Shown: positions 30,269-39,935 of the stretch, piece by piece
Position numbering within the stretch: the stretch's first letter is position 1
Layout: the number at the start of each line of letters is the position of its first letter
NCBI GenBank assembly: GCA_038139415.1
Contig: JAYOSV010000002.1
Coordinates: 111,697 to 175,696, forward strand
Origin: Verrucomicrobiales bacterium
Lineage (GTDB): Bacteria; Verrucomicrobiota; Verrucomicrobiia; Limisphaerales; UBA1100
Direction of reading: 5' to 3'
DNA: 64,000 nt
Program-made: the position numbers and the translations under genes
Notes under the pieces: generated by a model
The model's database searches: none
Told to the model about the DNA's origin: nothing
What the model saw: the letters and a program-made list of their open reading frames with translations, nothing else

Positions 30269-30859
30269 ATGACGACTGCGAATCAAATCACCCTCGGCCG
30301 GATTGTTCTCGTTCCGTTCTTCGTCGTCCAACTGCTCTACTACTTTCGCACAGGCGACGAACTTCATCGGTATCTGGCCATGGCGGCATTTCTGGTGGCC
30401 ACGATCAGTGACGGTGTGGATGGTTATCTGGCCCGGCATCGGGGGCAGGCCACGCAATTGGGCTCCTACCTCGACCCATTGGCGGACAAACTCCTAATGT
30501 TCTCTGGATTGATCGTGCTCAGCATTGAATTTGAATCCAACCCTTTTGAACAACGCATCCCGCTTTGGCTCACCGGCGTGGTTATCGGCCGCGATGCCAT
30601 CGTGGTGACCGGTAGCGCGCTACTGTTCGCTGTGTTGGGCAACGTAGAGGTGAAGCCGTTATTCATGAGTAAGACCTCGGCAGTGCTTCAGATGGTGCTG
30701 ATTGGCTGGGTGCTCTGTAAATTGCCTGGAATAGGTACCGTGGCTCTAGCCGCCGCGGTGGCCGTGACAACGGTAATCACGGGCGTCTTATATGTGCGCG
30801 AAGGGATTCGCCAATTCTCAGAACACCCGGCGGCACAGCCGGAGGATGAACAGGAGTGA
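30269..30859 (+). CDS. CDP-alcohol phosphatidyltransferase (PgsA-like)
   Basis: ANQITLGRI, DGVDGYLAR..G...GSYLDPLADK. Confidence 0.9.
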   Translation: MTTANQITLGRIVLVPFFVVQLLYYFRTGDELHRYLAMAAFLVATISDGVDGYLARHRGQATQLGSYLDPLADKLLMFSGLIVLSIEFESNPFEQRIPLWLTGVVIGRDAIVVTGSALLFAVLGNVEVKPLFMSKTSAVLQMVLIGWVLCKLPGIGTVALAAAVAVTTVITGVLYVREGIRQFSEHPAAQPEDEQE

Positions 30860-30888
30860 CCGACTTGACAGTTGGGTGCAGTCATTAG

Positions 30889-31380
30889 ATGTTCACGCAT
30901 ATGGCATTCAGTCCTAACATAACATTGAAGGAAGGCGATAAGGCGCCGGCGTTCACTGCGCAAACCAGCGGCGGCGGCACGGTGTCGCTCAACGAATTTC
31001 TGGGCCGTCATGTGGTTCTGTTCTTTTATCCCAAAGACGACACGCCTGGCTGCACGAAGGAAGCCTGTGCGTTCCGGGATGAACACGCTCAATTCGAAAA
31101 GGCCGAAGCCGTGGTTCTGGGGGTCAGCTGTGATTCCGTGGCTAAGCACGACAAATTTATTTCCAAGTTCGACCTACCTTTCCTGCTGTTGTCTGACGAA
31201 GATCAAACGATCGTGAACGCGTACGGGGCTTGGGGCCCAAAGAAATTCATGGGCAAGGAATACGAGGGAATCCATCGTATCAGCTTCTTGATCGATCCGC
31301 AGGGCAAGATTCAGAAAATTTGGCCCAAGGTAAAACCCGAAGAACACGCAGCCGAAGTGTTGGCGGCCATTCAAGGTTAG
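30889..31380 (+). CDS. bcp: Peroxiredoxin Bcp (start may be 30901)
   Basis: FYPKDDTPGCTKEACAFRD. Confidence 0.95.
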   Translation: MFTHMAFSPNITLKEGDKAPAFTAQTSGGGTVSLNEFLGRHVVLFFYPKDDTPGCTKEACAFRDEHAQFEKAEAVVLGVSCDSVAKHDKFISKFDLPFLLLSDEDQTIVNAYGAWGPKKFMGKEYEGIHRISFLIDPQGKIQKIWPKVKPEEHAAEVLAAIQG

Positions 31381-31426
31381 CTTCCCTGGGCAAATCACTT
31401 CTTCATGCGGCCATCCATGTAGCCAC

Positions 31427-31454
31427 AAAAAAACCCGGCCGAGGCCGGGTTTTT
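31427..31454. terminator. Bidirectional intrinsic terminator between bcp and tRNA
   Basis: A7-CCCGGCC-GA-GGCCGGG-T5 inverted repeat. Confidence 0.85.
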
Positions 31455-31457
31455 AAT

Positions 31458-31534
<77 letters not shown>

Positions 31535-31568
31535 TCAAAGTCGTTCACCAAATCGTAACTTGGTGAGG

Positions 31569-31602
31569 GGCGGATTCTAGGCAAAAAACCCTCGGGTGCA
31601 AG
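31569..31602 (-). promoter_or_regulatory. Sigma70-type stable-RNA promoter for tRNA-fMet
   Basis: Minus strand TTGCAC-N16-TAGAAT followed by GC-rich discriminator CCGCCCC. Confidence 0.7.
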
Positions 31603-31621
31603 GGATTTTTTCGCGCTTTAC

Positions 31622-33286
31622 TTAGATGGTCTGATCGTTGTCGTTATTCGGGGCTACATCTGAATCCGAATCCGTATCAGAAGGGCCATCTGCAGCGGTG
31701 GCGGGCGCTTTGTTGGGATAACACAACTGCATAATCAACAGACATACCAGCGCCGCCCACATTGGAACACTGAAGAGTTTCTGGTAATCCATCACCTCGT
31801 TGACGGTGGAAATCTCGGCCACATACCCCGCGACTTTGCTGCCGACAATGATACCGATGCCGACGATCACGAGATTAAACAGGCTTTGGGCGCTGGCACG
31901 GACATCGGCGGCACATTCCTCATCCACCACCATGAAGGCCACAAAGATGAAGCAGCCAAAGCACAGGCCGTGCATTGCAATACCCAGAATGATGGCGGGT
32001 AATTGAGCTGTCTCCGGGAAATTCGGGCCGTATGCGAATAGGAACATTCTCAATGCATACGCCGCGATGCCGACACAGAGAAGGGCTTTGCGGGAACACT
32101 TTTTAGCGAACAAGGGGATCAGCGCCAGTACGCCGATCTCGGCCATTTGACCGATGGTCATCAATCCGCCACCGCCGACTCCGACGATTTTATTGACGAT
32201 ATCAATGAAGCCTTCAGCTTGATTCTGGAATTGGCCGAGGAACGGGGCTGTGTGCACAAAGTAAAACTGGTGAACGCAGCTGATGGGAACAGCGATCAGG
32301 AAGAGCGTGAGCAGCGGTTGTAGGCGGATCGCGTCCAGCGCGCTGCCAATCGCGTTCTTCTTTTCCTCCTTAGCCGGCGGCGTGGAGGGTAGGAAGAAAC
32401 AGAAAACACCCATTACAATGCCCAACAGGCCACTCAGTTTAAAGGCATCAGCCATGCCGGCGGCTTGGGTCCGGCCTTTGATGTCTTTGCCAACTTGGTC
32501 TAGAACCGCCGTCCTCACATCGTCTTGGTTTTCTTTTTCGATGAGCGTTTGAACGGCACCAAAATCGGTTTTCTCTTCCTCATCCACAGTGTGTCTTGGG
32601 ATGTCGATTTTCTTTTTGGTTAACACGTCGATCCATGCCGAGTGTTCCGCACTCTGAATTAAATTGGTGCTCAAAATACCGGTCAACTGCGAGGGGTTTG
32701 CTTCGATCGCTTTTGCAATATTGGTGGTTGGATCGTCGTAGATGGCTTCAACAGTGATTCCCTTGGCGGGTTCCTTGCTGTCGGGGGACCAGTTTGCAAG
32801 CAGCCATTGGCCGATGCCGATGCCCACCACAATCCAGCCGATGGTGCCCCAAACTCGGATCTTTCCGAAATCGCGGTCGCGATCGGGCAGGTGGTGGAAT
32901 GCTAGTGAATTGGTTAGGGAAAGCGTGGGCGAATAAATGAGTGAGTAGAGCAGGGAAAAGATCAGGAAGCTATTGTAGGTTTCCAGTGAGGCCAGTTGCC
33001 ACACTAGAATGCCGCCGAGGATATGGCTGATGCCGAGGAATTTTTCCGTGTTGAACCAGCGGTCGGCAATTTGTCCGGCAATGAACGGAGCCACGATGGC
33101 GCCCACTGCGCCAATGGCAAACATGTTGCCGATTTCCGCGGGCGTGAAACCGCGGTGGCCGGATAGGAACGTCCAGAGTAAAGGTAGCCAGGCTCCCCAG
33201 ATGGCGTACTGGAGAAACATCATGGTGGAGAGTTGGAAGTTGAGCCCGCTCGAAAGCGGCTTTGCGGAAGAGGTGTCGGAACTCAT
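31622..33286 (-). CDS. MFS nucleoside:H+ symporter family (NupG/XapB-like) with large loop insertion
   Basis: MMFLQYAIWGAW, GQIADRWF, IRVWGTIGWI, MTIGQMAEI, HGLCFGCF. Confidence 0.88.
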   Translation of the reverse strand: MSSDTSSAKPLSSGLNFQLSTMMFLQYAIWGAWLPLLWTFLSGHRGFTPAEIGNMFAIGAVGAIVAPFIAGQIADRWFNTEKFLGISHILGGILVWQLASLETYNSFLIFSLLYSLIYSPTLSLTNSLAFHHLPDRDRDFGKIRVWGTIGWIVVGIGIGQWLLANWSPDSKEPAKGITVEAIYDDPTTNIAKAIEANPSQLTGILSTNLIQSAEHSAWIDVLTKKKIDIPRHTVDEEEKTDFGAVQTLIEKENQDDVRTAVLDQVGKDIKGRTQAAGMADAFKLSGLLGIVMGVFCFFLPSTPPAKEEKKNAIGSALDAIRLQPLLTLFLIAVPISCVHQFYFVHTAPFLGQFQNQAEGFIDIVNKIVGVGGGGLMTIGQMAEIGVLALIPLFAKKCSRKALLCVGIAAYALRMFLFAYGPNFPETAQLPAIILGIAMHGLCFGCFIFVAFMVVDEECAADVRASAQSLFNLVIVGIGIIVGSKVAGYVAEISTVNEVMDYQKLFSVPMWAALVCLLIMQLCYPNKAPATAADGPSDTDSDSDVAPNNDNDQTI

Positions 33287-33383
33287 GAGGCCAGGTGCGT
33301 TGAAGCGTTGGTATACGGAAAACACTCTCAGGAAGCAAGCCTGCCTGACTCGACTTTTTCGGCTGGCGACCTAGACTCCGCGC

Positions 33384-33944
33384 GTGGATATGGTGCAGAC
33401 AGCCTTCAAGGAATGGGCCGTGATAGTGAAGGCGCTGGGGCTGGGGGAGCAAATTGTGATCCTGCGCAAGGGCGGCATCGCCGAAGGACGGAGCGGATTT
33501 CGGGCTGAGCATGAGCGGTTCTGGCTATTTCCCACGCGCTTCCATCAACAGGCCGAAGGCGTGGTGCCGGAGGTTGCCGGGCGATTCGGGGCAATGACGT
33601 TCCCTTCCGACGACATATTGCGAATCCAGTATGCCGCAGAGGTTGTGGAGACCCGTCGGCTGGAATCGCTGTCGGCGGCCCAGCGATTGGCAGGGCAACA
33701 TATTTGGCGAGACGAGGTGATTGCCGAGCGATTTGATTGGGGCCGTGATCAGGGGATTTACGCGATGGCCGTTCGAGTACGGCAATTGGCGGAGCCGCTG
33801 GATTTGCCGATGCTGGAGTCATACGGTGGGTGCAAATCCTGGATTGAGCTGGAACCGGAAATGGATTTTACCTGTGCCACACCGGTGTTGGAGGCATTGG
33901 GTTTTGACCGGAAACTTGCGGTATTTCGGGAGGCTTTGGCGTGA
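33384..33944 (+). CDS. DUF1802-family protein
   Basis: AFKEWAV..ALxxGEQIVILRKGGI, FWLFPT.FHQ, YGGCKSWI. Confidence 0.8.
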   Translation: MDMVQTAFKEWAVIVKALGLGEQIVILRKGGIAEGRSGFRAEHERFWLFPTRFHQQAEGVVPEVAGRFGAMTFPSDDILRIQYAAEVVETRRLESLSAAQRLAGQHIWRDEVIAERFDWGRDQGIYAMAVRVRQLAEPLDLPMLESYGGCKSWIELEPEMDFTCATPVLEALGFDRKLAVFREALA

Positions 33945-34519
33945 ATCGGATTATCTTGGCCTCCGGCTCGCCGCGTCGGCGGGAATTGCTCGAGCAAATG
34001 GGAATCAAGTTTCGCGTCGTTACTGCCGAGGTGGAAGAGGAGCACGGTCAAGGTCGTGCGGCCCGGGCTATTTGTCGCCGAAACGCCCTGACCAAGACTC
34101 GTGCTGTGGCGATGACGCATCCCCGAGAGACGGTTTTGGGGGCGGATACACTGGTACATTTGGGCGATACTCTGCTGGGTAAGCCGGCCAGCATGGCGGA
34201 GGCGCGGCGTATGTTGAGGCAGTTAAGCGGACAGACCCATCAGGTGACGACTGCCTGCGCACTGGTGCAGGGGAAACGGCGCCGAGTGTTTTCTGTAACC
34301 ACGCGTGTGCGTTTTCGGGAACTCTCCGCACGGCAGATTAATGCCTACCTCAAGGCTGTGCCAGTGCTCGACAAGGCCGGCGCTTACGCTGTGCAGGAGA
34401 AGGGCGAATGGATCGTGGAAGCAGTGCAGGGTTCGCTGACCAACGTGGTGGGACTTCCGGTGGAACGTTTGGGCCAGGAATTGCGCACGTGGTTTGACAC
34501 TGCACCAGCCCGTCCCTAG
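33941..34519 (+). CDS. maf: Maf-family nucleoside triphosphate pyrophosphatase
   Basis: ILASGSPRRRELL, GADT, GKP, DKAGAYAVQ, NVVGLP. Confidence 0.95.
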   Translation: MNRIILASGSPRRRELLEQMGIKFRVVTAEVEEEHGQGRAARAICRRNALTKTRAVAMTHPRETVLGADTLVHLGDTLLGKPASMAEARRMLRQLSGQTHQVTTACALVQGKRRRVFSVTTRVRFRELSARQINAYLKAVPVLDKAGAYAVQEKGEWIVEAVQGSLTNVVGLPVERLGQELRTWFDTAPARP

Positions 34520-34522
34520 ACT
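34494..34522 (+). promoter_or_regulatory. Sigma70-type promoter for serA inside the maf 3' end
   Basis: TTGACA-N17-TAGACT, 10 nt before the serA ATG. Confidence 0.7.
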
Positions 34523-34532
34523 GCGCCCGCCG

Positions 34533-36107
34533 ATGCGAGTACTAGTTTGCGATAATGTTTCCCCCAAGGGCGTGGCCACAATGGAAGCCAGCCCGGAACT
34601 TCAGGTCACCGTGGTGGACGGTGGTCTCACCGATGAACTCCTTGCCACTGCCGAGGCTATCGTGGTGCGGTCTGCCACCAAGATCACGCCGGAGGTAATG
34701 GACAAGGCCCCCAAGCTCCGCGCCGTGGGGCGGGCCGGTGTGGGCGTTGATAATGTGGATGTGGATTACGCCACCTCCAGGGGGATCGTGGTGATGAACA
34801 CGCCCGCGGGCAACACCATCTCCACCGCTGAGTTGACCTTCTCCATGATGATGGCGCTTGCCCGGAACATTCCACAGGCGCATCTCTCCATGAAAGGCGG
34901 AAAATGGGATCGCAAAAAGTATGGCGGCACGGAGCTGAGCGGCAAGACTCTCGGTATTTGCGGCATGGGCCGGATCGGAGGCCAAGTGGCCCGCCGGGCA
35001 ATTGCCTTTGGCATGCGCGTGTTGGCGTATGATCCCTTTCTGTCCCTGAGCAAGGCCCGGGAATTGCAGGTAGAATTATTGGAGCTCGATGAGCTCATGG
35101 AGCGCTCGGATTTTATCACCGTGCATATGCCGTTGACCGACCAGACGCGAGACATGATCAATGCCGAGAGCATTGCCCGGATGAAAGACGGCGTGTTTCT
35201 CGTGAACTGCGCCCGCGGCGGGATCATCAACGAAACCGACATCGTAGCAGCCGTGCAGAGCGGCAAAGTGGGCGGGTGCGCACTGGACGTTTACGAGACC
35301 GAGCCGTGCCCTGAAGATTCACCATTGCGCACCGAGCCCAATATCGTGATGACCCCTCACCTTGGCGCGAGCACTAAAGAGGCGCAGGAAAGTGTGGGTA
35401 TTGAAGTCGCCGAAGCGATTACTGATTTTCTCATCAACGGCGCCGTGCGCAATGCGGTGAACATGCCTAGCCTCGACGCCAAGGCTTATGAGGCAGTGAA
35501 ACCGTATCTCGATCTGGGCGAGAAGCTCGGTAAACTGGTGGCCCAACTGGGTTCCCAACGGAACAAGCAATTGAAGATTACCTACGGCGGCAAAGCAGCC
35601 GAAGTGCCGGCCGATCCGGTAACGCGGTTTGTGATCAAGGGCTTCCTGGAATCCGCCGGCGGCAACGAGGCCAATCAAGTTAACGTCCGCGCCATGGCTA
35701 GTTCACTGGGCATCATGGTAGAGGAAGTAAAGGCCCATGAAGGGCCGGATTACGCAGAGTGGATGCATGTGGAAGCCACGGCCGAAGACGGGAGTGTGGT
35801 GTCCGCCGGTGGCACCTTTTTTGGCGGTCAATCACGCATCGTGCGCATCAACGGACGCAACGTGGAAGCCGCCGCAGACGGAGTATTGTTCCTCATGAAT
35901 AACGTCGACAAACCCGGGATGGTGGGCTACATTGGATCACTGATGGGCGAGCATCAGGTGAACATCGCCAATATGAGCCTGAACCGTGAGGAGGAGGGCG
36001 GCGAGGCACTGATGCTGCTGAATCTGGACCACGCCCCCCCAGCAGCCTTGCTGGACAACGTGGCCCAAGATTCAGAGATCACCAACGTAAAGGTGATTTC
36101 GCTTTAA
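34533..36107 (+). CDS. serA: D-3-phosphoglycerate dehydrogenase
   Basis: VRSATK, GRAGVGVDNVD, GMGRIG, NCARGG, TPHLGAST, C-terminal ASB/ACT domain. Confidence 0.95.
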   Translation: MRVLVCDNVSPKGVATMEASPELQVTVVDGGLTDELLATAEAIVVRSATKITPEVMDKAPKLRAVGRAGVGVDNVDVDYATSRGIVVMNTPAGNTISTAELTFSMMMALARNIPQAHLSMKGGKWDRKKYGGTELSGKTLGICGMGRIGGQVARRAIAFGMRVLAYDPFLSLSKARELQVELLELDELMERSDFITVHMPLTDQTRDMINAESIARMKDGVFLVNCARGGIINETDIVAAVQSGKVGGCALDVYETEPCPEDSPLRTEPNIVMTPHLGASTKEAQESVGIEVAEAITDFLINGAVRNAVNMPSLDAKAYEAVKPYLDLGEKLGKLVAQLGSQRNKQLKITYGGKAAEVPADPVTRFVIKGFLESAGGNEANQVNVRAMASSLGIMVEEVKAHEGPDYAEWMHVEATAEDGSVVSAGGTFFGGQSRIVRINGRNVEAAADGVLFLMNNVDKPGMVGYIGSLMGEHQVNIANMSLNREEEGGEALMLLNLDHAPPAALLDNVAQDSEITNVKVISL

Positions 36108-36126
36108 TTCGTTTTAAAATCGAATC

Positions 36127-37098
36127 ATGAAATGGCACGGACGCCTGTGGTTAGCACTTTTGTGCAGCGTATTTCTCATTGAGCCCGCTACAGGGGCCAC
36201 TAAAGTGGTGGCCAGTGGTTTGGGGTTTAACATCACGCAGGATGAATTGGACGGGGCTTTTCGTCGCTTCGTCCTATCCCGGGCGGTCAATGGAGTGGAC
36301 GTGCCCTTGGCAATGGAGCCGTTTTTTAAGAAACAACTCCTTGAAGAACTTATCTTAGCCAAAGTGACCTCGCTTCGCGCGAATCCTGCAGATCGCGCCC
36401 AGGCGTATATTCAGGCGAAGGATAATTACACCATACTACGCGAGCAATTCGCCTCCGCTACTGCCTTTAGTCTCAAGATCGAGGGCATGGGGATGAGCAC
36501 CAATGCGTACCGATTATTTCTTCAGGAACAGGCCTTGACGCAGGAAGTGCTCAAGCGCGAACTCAAGCCACAGACCATGGTGAAGGAAGTGGAGGTGTTG
36601 GAATTCTATAACGAAAATCTCGCTCTATGGAAAACGCCTGAGTACGCCGAGGTGGAGCACGTGCTGCTGGCAAAGGTGGACTTGGCCACGGGCCGGCGTT
36701 TGAACCCTGATGAACGCGCAGCCAAGCAGGCGACAGCCGCCAAGGTGCAGGCTAAGGCCGTGGCCGGCGTGAATTTCCCTCAGTTGGCCAAGGAGTTTTC
36801 CGAAGATTTGGCGACCAAGAATGATGGCGGTAAATTTCGACTCTACCGGTCAGTGTCCGATCCCAAGATTGCGGAGCGGGTGTTTTCGATGCGTATCAAT
36901 GTGCCGGAGCTAGTGGAATCTGAAACCGGCTTCCACATCATCCGCGTGATGAAACTCGAGCCGGCTGGCGCAAAGAAAATTGGCGAAGTGCGCGCCGAAA
37001 TCCGGGAGCATTTGTATCAAAAGAAAATTAACGAAAAGTTGCCGGTCTACGTGAAACTCCTATTGGGGCAGGCTCGGGTGAAAACTTTTTTGGACTAA
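36127..37098 (+). CDS. Parvulin-type peptidyl-prolyl isomerase (SurA/PrsA-like)
   Basis: Signal peptide; HVLL, FxQLAKEFSED, GG, ESETGFHII. Confidence 0.82.
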   Translation: MKWHGRLWLALLCSVFLIEPATGATKVVASGLGFNITQDELDGAFRRFVLSRAVNGVDVPLAMEPFFKKQLLEELILAKVTSLRANPADRAQAYIQAKDNYTILREQFASATAFSLKIEGMGMSTNAYRLFLQEQALTQEVLKRELKPQTMVKEVEVLEFYNENLALWKTPEYAEVEHVLLAKVDLATGRRLNPDERAAKQATAAKVQAKAVAGVNFPQLAKEFSEDLATKNDGGKFRLYRSVSDPKIAERVFSMRINVPELVESETGFHIIRVMKLEPAGAKKIGEVRAEIREHLYQKKINEKLPVYVKLLLGQARVKTFLD

Positions 37099-37109
37099 CT
37101 CGGTAGTTG

Positions 37110-37586
37110 TTAGTCGTATTTTTTAACGAACCGTTTACGAGTACCTTCGTCCTCGTCGTCATCCTCATCTTCTTCGGGTTGCTCCGAAGTAGTGGTTTCA
37201 GCGTTGGGAGCTGGCGAGGTCGAATCTGCTTCCGGAGTATCAGTCGATTCAGTAGCCGGTGTTTCCTCTTCCTTCAAGGCGTCTTCAGGGCGCTGGCCGG
37301 CGGCACTCACATAGGCCATGCGTAATTCCTGGAGGCTTTGCTTAAGAAGTTGCTGCTCGTCTAGGCTGAGCTTGGCGGCATTCTTCTCGAGTAACTCAAG
37401 CTGTTGAATCACCAACTGCACACGGACGAGATCTTTGACCGGTTCACCGGTAGCAGGGGCGGTGACCTTTCCCAGCAGCATGGCTGCGGTGCGTACCAAA
37501 GTGATCAGGCATTCGCTGAAAACGGCAGCAGCAATTTCGTCGGCCGTCTCCGGCATGCGTTGTTGGGGGTGATCCATGTTGTCCAC
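37110..37586 (-). CDS. DUF1844-like protein with acidic tail (GTG 37586 or ATG 37577)
   Basis: AAMLLGK..P.TG....DL....I..LE.L.....L...E..LL...L.ELRMAYV pattern. Confidence 0.7.
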   Translation of the reverse strand: MDNMDHPQQRMPETADEIAAAVFSECLITLVRTAAMLLGKVTAPATGEPVKDLVRVQLVIQQLELLEKNAAKLSLDEQQLLKQSLQELRMAYVSAAGQRPEDALKEEETPATESTDTPEADSTSPAPNAETTTSEQPEEDEDDDEDEGTRKRFVKKYD

Positions 37587-37735
37587 GTGGCGAGTGTGGC
37601 GGGAAGCGTTCTCTGGGCCAATACAAAAAGCAGAGTTGCGCACAGCCTGTGAGTAATCTAACAGCAATCTGTTGACACGGACCCAATAAGTTTCGCGTGT
37701 CACGCATTAGTCTAATGGCAAGATGAGGCCCCACC

Positions 37736-38809
37736 ATGAAGGACAAAAAATCTATCGCCATTGTGATGCTGGCGGCGATTACCGCAGGAATCGGTATTTT
37801 CACTATCGTCAGCAATCAAAGTAAACTCGCCGACCTTGCCAAGCTGGAGGCCGAACGAAACACGATCCAAAAAGAGCGCGACTCCATTCGCGTCGAGCGG
37901 GACGATTATCGCACCCAACGCGATCAACTAGATACCAAACGGCAAACGTTGGAAGAGTCGGTTCAGACTCAGGACAAGCGTATCGTGGAACTAAATGCCG
38001 AGGTTGAAGCAGAAAAGACTAAGGTGACGCAACTGGATATGAATCTCACCCAGAAGACCGCTGAAATAGATACACTGAATCTGCAGCACGCTCAGGATTT
38101 GGGTGCTGTGGAAACCAAGCTGCAGGAAGTGAACACGGCCAAGATGGAGGCCGAGAAAGAGCTGGCGAAAACGGCTGCAGACCTTAAGGCCCAAACCACG
38201 GAACTGAAAGAATTCCAAACCAAGGTGGCCGACGAGACCAAGCAACGCGTTGAATTGATTGCGGCTCTGGAGACCAAGAACGACACGCTCAATCAGGAGA
38301 AAGGCGCGTTGGAAGTGAAGATTGCCAATCTCAACACGGAAATCGCTGAGACCAATCAAAAGCTGGATGATTCCGAGGGTGATCGTACCTTCTTGGAAGG
38401 CGAACTTCTGCGGCTTCAGGATGAGAAGGCTGAGTTGGTAAAACAGATGAACGATCTGGAGTTCCTCTCCGCTCAAGTGAAGCGCATCAAATCCGATATT
38501 GCTGTTGCCAAACGTATGGACTGGATGCGACGCGGGATTGGTATTTACGCCAAGCGCCAAACCGTGGCCCAGAAACAAGCCGCCTTGCGTGCAGGGAAAA
38601 ACGGCGAACAACCAGTGTCTGCTGAAGAGCCACAAAACGAAAACGTTTCAGTGGAGCTTACCAGCGATGGGCGCGTGATCATTAATGGGAAAGTGATTGA
38701 ACCGGAGGCCGAAGCGGCTCCTGAAGGCGAGCCGGCCCCGGAAACGCCTGCTGCTCCAGCCCCGGTGCCGCCGGCTGAAACACCGGCTCCGACCTCATCG
38801 GAGGAGTAA
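37736..38809 (+). CDS. Membrane-anchored long coiled-coil protein
   Basis: N-terminal TM helix, ~240 aa heptad-rich region, Pro/Ala/Glu tail. Confidence 0.75.
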   Translation: MKDKKSIAIVMLAAITAGIGIFTIVSNQSKLADLAKLEAERNTIQKERDSIRVERDDYRTQRDQLDTKRQTLEESVQTQDKRIVELNAEVEAEKTKVTQLDMNLTQKTAEIDTLNLQHAQDLGAVETKLQEVNTAKMEAEKELAKTAADLKAQTTELKEFQTKVADETKQRVELIAALETKNDTLNQEKGALEVKIANLNTEIAETNQKLDDSEGDRTFLEGELLRLQDEKAELVKQMNDLEFLSAQVKRIKSDIAVAKRMDWMRRGIGIYAKRQTVAQKQAALRAGKNGEQPVSAEEPQNENVSVELTSDGRVIINGKVIEPEAEAAPEGEPAPETPAAPAPVPPAETPAPTSSEE

Positions 38810-38849
38810 TGCGGTTGCGCTCTCACCAGTCGCGGTGCAGAATCAGCCC

Positions 38850-39893
38850 GTGACACGATTGATTGATGCGCATGGCCGAGAGATTCGCGACCTGCGCATT
38901 AGCATTACCGATCGCTGCAATTTCCGCTGCCTCTACTGTCTCCCTGAGACGGAAGAGGCAGCGGATTTTTATAAACGCACTTCTTCTGGTGCGCCTCGGC
39001 CCATTCAGCACGAGTGGAAGCCGCGTTCCCATTTCCTGACCTATGAGGAGATTACCCGGGTTGTGCGGGTGGCTTCCGGTTTGGGGATAAGCAAAATCCG
39101 TCTGACCGGAGGTGAACCGCTCTTGCGCCGGGATGTGCCGCACCTAGTGGAATACATTGCGGCCTTGCCGGGCATTGAAGATCTGGCATTGACCACCAAT
39201 GGGTTTCTCTTCGCAAAACATGCGCAGGCCCTTCGCGATGCGGGTCTGCGTCGGGTGACTTTCAGTCTGGATTCATTGGAGACCGGTAATTTTAAAAAAA
39301 TGACCGGCCGGGATGGTTTGGAGGAATTGCTTGGCGCGATTGATTTGGCTCAGCAACTGGGGATGAATCCGGTGAAGGTGAATGCCGTGGTAATCCGTGG
39401 CCTGAACGATCATGAGGTGCCGGCCATGGCCGACTTTGCCCGGAAACGCGGGTTGGTGATGCGGTTCATCGAATTTATGCCGCTCGATTCTGGCCGGGCA
39501 TGGCAGGCGGATCATGTGGTAACCGGCCGGGAGATCTTGGCGCAGTTGCAGGAGGCGTTCGAGCTGGAGCCGCTGGATGACGAGCACGCGGCGGCAACCG
39601 CAAAGCGCTGGAGGTTCCGAGAAGGTGCCGGCGAGGTGGGGTTGATCATGCCGGTAAGTGAGCCATTTTGTGGGCAGTGCAATCGCATTCGAATGACCTC
39701 CGATGGCCATGTGCGTACTTGTTTATTTAGCCTCCAGGAACATAACCTCAAAAAACAGATACGGGAGGGCGCTGGTGACGCGGACCTGGCTGAATGGTTG
39801 CAGGCGGTTGTGCTGCGCAAGGAGGCGGGGCATCGGATCGGGCAGGCGCAATTTCAGCAGCCTGACCGTACAATGAGTGCGATCGGCGGTTGA
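38850..39893 (+). CDS. moaA: GTP 3',8-cyclase
   Basis: LRISITDRCNFRCLYC, RLTGGEPLLR, FCGQCNRIR, terminal MSAIGG. Confidence 0.96.
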   Translation: MTRLIDAHGREIRDLRISITDRCNFRCLYCLPETEEAADFYKRTSSGAPRPIQHEWKPRSHFLTYEEITRVVRVASGLGISKIRLTGGEPLLRRDVPHLVEYIAALPGIEDLALTTNGFLFAKHAQALRDAGLRRVTFSLDSLETGNFKKMTGRDGLEELLGAIDLAQQLGMNPVKVNAVVIRGLNDHEVPAMADFARKRGLVMRFIEFMPLDSGRAWQADHVVTGREILAQLQEAFELEPLDDEHAAATAKRWRFREGAGEVGLIMPVSEPFCGQCNRIRMTSDGHVRTCLFSLQEHNLKKQIREGAGDADLAEWLQAVVLRKEAGHRIGQAQFQQPDRTMSAIGG

Positions 39894-39935
39894 CGCGTCT
39901 TGAATACCGCGCGGCTTTGGTGCAGCATCAGGCCG

